DNA of 27,312 nucleotides from an uncultured archaeon (GTDB taxonomy: Archaea > Altiarchaeota > Altiarchaeia > IMC4 > QMZM01), in assembly GCA_964549685.1 (NCBI GenBank), contig CAZJVE010000015.1, positions 1 through 27,312 on the forward strand. The letters run 5' to 3'. A program made the translations under genes and the position numbers. Every line of letters starts with the position of its first letter. Position 1 is the first letter of the stretch. Positions 25,331 through 27,312 of the stretch are shown one piece after another. Under the pieces are notes generated by a model. That model made no database searches and was not told where the DNA came from. It worked only from the letters and a program-made list of their open reading frames with translations.

Positions 25331-25558
25331 ATGGAATATGAGACCATAGCAATAGAAACGCTGGATTACGGGAAGAACAAGTTTCTGGAAGTGTCTAAAA
25401 AGAAGGCAATGCCTGACGAGAACGTCTTTTTGAACATATCGAAGGGGTACTACACCCCCGACGGCGAGAAGAGGTATCAAAGAGGAATAGGGTTTCCCGA
25501 TGATGCTGAATTCGTGTCCCAATTGGTAGAGCAACTGCAAGCTGTATCGGGTCAGTAG
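25331..25558 (+). CDS. Small conserved-looking protein, possible PC4/PUR-like single-stranded nucleic-acid binding fold
   Basis: 75 aa with a four-strand-plus-helix pattern: FLEVSKK, FLNISKGYYTPDGEKRYQRGIGFP, then an amphipathic helix. GGTGG SD-like motif upstream. Confidence 0.7.
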   Translation: MEYETIAIETLDYGKNKFLEVSKKKAMPDENVFLNISKGYYTPDGEKRYQRGIGFPDDAEFVSQLVEQLQAVSGQ

Positions 25559-25618
25559 AATCTGTATGGCAGAAATTCTGCCTGTTGTTACAGTATTTTC
25601 CTATTTATCTAGCGAGGG

Positions 25619-26026
25619 TTAGTTCTGATTTTTTTCCGTTTCCATCAGCTCAAGGGCATATGCCTTGATTATGTCGCTGTTGGATACAAGCCCTACGACC
25701 TGTCCATTGTCCAGAACCGGGAACCGCCTTATGCCTGTCCTTGCCATGAGCCTCGCAACGTTCTCAACCCTTATGTTGGAGTTTATGTTCAGCAGAGGCT
25801 CACTCATTATCTCCTTCACCTTCACGTCATGCGGGTTCCCTCCTGCCGCAACCACTTTGTCCAGAAGGTCCTTCCTGGTTATAATCCCATAGTCGTCCAG
25901 CGTACCTCCCCTCTCGACCAGAAGGCTCGTAACCCTCCGGTCCATCATCTTCTTCAGGGCCTCGGCAGCGCTCGCGTCTCTCTCAATGGTTATAACCCCC
26001 CTCGTCATTACCTCATGTACATACAT
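25619..26026 (-). CDS. Stand-alone tandem CBS-domain protein
   Basis: VHEVMTRGVITI, YGIITRKDLL, VKEIMSEPL, IRRFPVLDNGQVVGLVSNSDII. Start 26026 follows SD-like GGTGAT; 26038 is an alternative. Confidence 0.92.
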   Translation of the reverse strand: MYVHEVMTRGVITIERDASAAEALKKMMDRRVTSLLVERGGTLDDYGIITRKDLLDKVVAAGGNPHDVKVKEIMSEPLLNINSNIRVENVARLMARTGIRRFPVLDNGQVVGLVSNSDIIKAYALELMETEKNQN

Positions 26027-26093
26027 ATGTATCACCATACGATGTTTATATATATTACCTGGATTTCATACTTATATATTGCTATACCTACCT

Positions 26094-26177
26094 TTTTTTT
26101 GCTAATAAACTATACTCTCACATATTTTTTTGCTAATAAACTATATTCCTATATATATTTTTCGTTAATAAACTATA
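26094..26177. repeat. Three direct repeats TTTTT(T/C)G(C/T)TAATAAACTATA with 31-32 bp period
   Basis: Invariant core TAATAAACTATA at 26103, 26134 and 26166 in an AT-rich intergenic region. Confidence 0.85.
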
Positions 26178-26216
26178 AAAGCGTGTTATTTTTCATAATT
26201 TTACATGACAATTGGC

Positions 26217-26498
26217 CTATGCGCTCCTCCCAGGCCTTCTATCCTTATACCACAGCCTTTCGCCCCCACCCGTATCTATGCTCCGTCCGTCGACGAGCTC
26301 TTTGAGATGTTTCTTTATATCCTCAAGCGATTTCGAATCCTTTGACTTCATGTACTTCTTGAATGCCTTGCATACGTCCATGAGCTCGATATCGTCGCTG
26401 TACCTGCTGCAGAATTTCTTGAAGACCTTCTTGGCCTTCTCTGCATCCCCCAGCGAATTCAACATATCCTTTAACACATAATGGCTTGCCAGGGTCAT
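26217..26498 (-). CDS. Small helical hypothetical protein downstream of the KaiC-like ATPase
   Basis: 93 aa; strong SD AGGAGA; starts 8 nt after the KaiC-like stop; K/D/E-rich helices and a GGGERLWYKDRR tail. Confidence 0.75.
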   Translation of the reverse strand: MTLASHYVLKDMLNSLGDAEKAKKVFKKFCSRYSDDIELMDVCKAFKKYMKSKDSKSLEDIKKHLKELVDGRSIDTGGGERLWYKDRRPGRSA

Positions 26499-26506
26499 TT
26501 TCTCCT

Positions 26507-27217
26507 TTACAATTCGAACATAGGCTTCAGCTCAATCCCTGCCTGGGTTATCTCCATGGCGTTCCTTGCCCTTGAGTGGTGCACGCCACGCATCTTGACC
26601 ACTTGCAGAGTCCTTATCAGGTTGCCCGTCTTGTCCTCCATTTCCCTTAGAAGAATTACTCCATCAGCTATGAATTCCTCTACTCCAAAGACGGAGTAGG
26701 TGAATTCCATTGGAGGAACCTCAGATATGAATAGAGTCGTGCAGTCCAGATACTCCAATTGCAGCCCAAGCTCGAATAGAAAGTCCCGTATGTTCTTCTC
26801 ATTCCCGAGACTGTTGCATATTGCAGTGACAGAGTCAATGACGACTCTCTTTGCCTCACTGTCCCTGATGATTGAGCTTATCATGTTCATTACCCCATTC
26901 ACCGTGAGGGGTTCGAGGTTCATAAGCCTCGCGTCTTGGGTTATATCTACTATCTTCAGCTTGTTCTGCTCCATCATCTTGGCATCATAGAAGTCGAAAC
27001 CCTCCAGGTTCGATATCATCTTTTCCCTTGATTCAGACAATGATATATAAATGCCGACCTCGTCGTACTCCTTGGCCCCCTCAAAAAGGAACTCCTGCGA
27101 GAGTATAGTCTTGCCCGTTCCACAGCTTCCCGCCAGAAGCACTGCGTGACCCCTCGGAAGCCCGCCATCCAGAATAACGTCAAGCTCCTCGACACCGGTC
27201 TTTATTTTTTCAGTCAT
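26507..27217 (-). CDS. Single-domain KaiC-like (RecA-superfamily, COG0467) ATPase
   Basis: KIKTGVEELD..LDGGLP, Walker A GSCGTGKT, Walker B RVVIDSVT, EEFIADGVILL, RTLQVVKMRG. Confidence 0.92.
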   Translation of the reverse strand: MTEKIKTGVEELDVILDGGLPRGHAVLLAGSCGTGKTILSQEFLFEGAKEYDEVGIYISLSESREKMISNLEGFDFYDAKMMEQNKLKIVDITQDARLMNLEPLTVNGVMNMISSIIRDSEAKRVVIDSVTAICNSLGNEKNIRDFLFELGLQLEYLDCTTLFISEVPPMEFTYSVFGVEEFIADGVILLREMEDKTGNLIRTLQVVKMRGVHHSRARNAMEITQAGIELKPMFEL

Positions 27218-27277
27218 CGTTAATTCTAATTATCTTTATACATTAATAATTTATTCACCCTTATATAAATGCTTAGG

Positions 27278-27312
27278 ATGGACTTCAGCAGGAAGGTTCT
27301 GGAACTGGCGGG
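27278..27312 (+). CDS. 5' fragment of a gene running off the window (MDFSRKVLELA...), possibly MGMT/Ogt-like
   Basis: ATG after an AT-rich divergent promoter, open to the window end. FxxKVLEL resembles the start of MGMT-family DNA-binding domains, but only 11 full codons are visible. Confidence 0.35.
   Translation, partial: MDFSRKVLELA

Noticed and set aside
26094-26177. Mini-CRISPR array
   Set aside because: Repeats are about 20 bp with 10-12 nt spacers, far shorter than CRISPR spacers, and there are no cas genes nearby.
26507-27217. Circadian clock kaiC
   Set aside because: Single domain, no kaiA/kaiB, and the Ser/Thr phosphosites are absent; this is the broad archaeal KaiC-like family.

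Overview
This is a gene-dense archaeal chromosomal segment. Evidence for Archaea: aIF2-alpha/Nop10, an RpoL-like subunit, a Trm11-like methyltransferase, TATA/BRE promoters and class III signal peptides. Biosynthetic genes (hisC, thiC, ilvB, ppsA, an MfnE-like kinase) occur alongside DPANN-style surface proteins, which suggests an Altiarchaeota-like organism (inference only). I support about 35 CDS, including two small genes missing from the ORF track (nop10 and a 54-aa Cys-containing protein), plus one tRNA-Arg(GCG). No integrase, transposase, CRISPR array or rRNA was seen. The most notable items are: (i) a three-gene pilin-like operon whose 714-aa member has an inserted CBM-like domain and two triads of a ~48-aa Cys/His repeat, followed by a Cys-rich secreted protein; (ii) two tandem VirB11/TadA-type ATPase paralogues sharing a perfectly identical 49-bp block; (iii) a TctA-like permease paired with two extracytoplasmic OB-fold proteins instead of TctB/TctC; (iv) a structured, palindrome-rich spacer between tRNA-Arg and thiC; (v) a phased triple direct repeat inside a KaiC-like ATPase / small protein / CBS module; (vi) a wHTH + membrane-anchored Hsp20-like operon. 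All calls come from reading motifs; no database searches were run.
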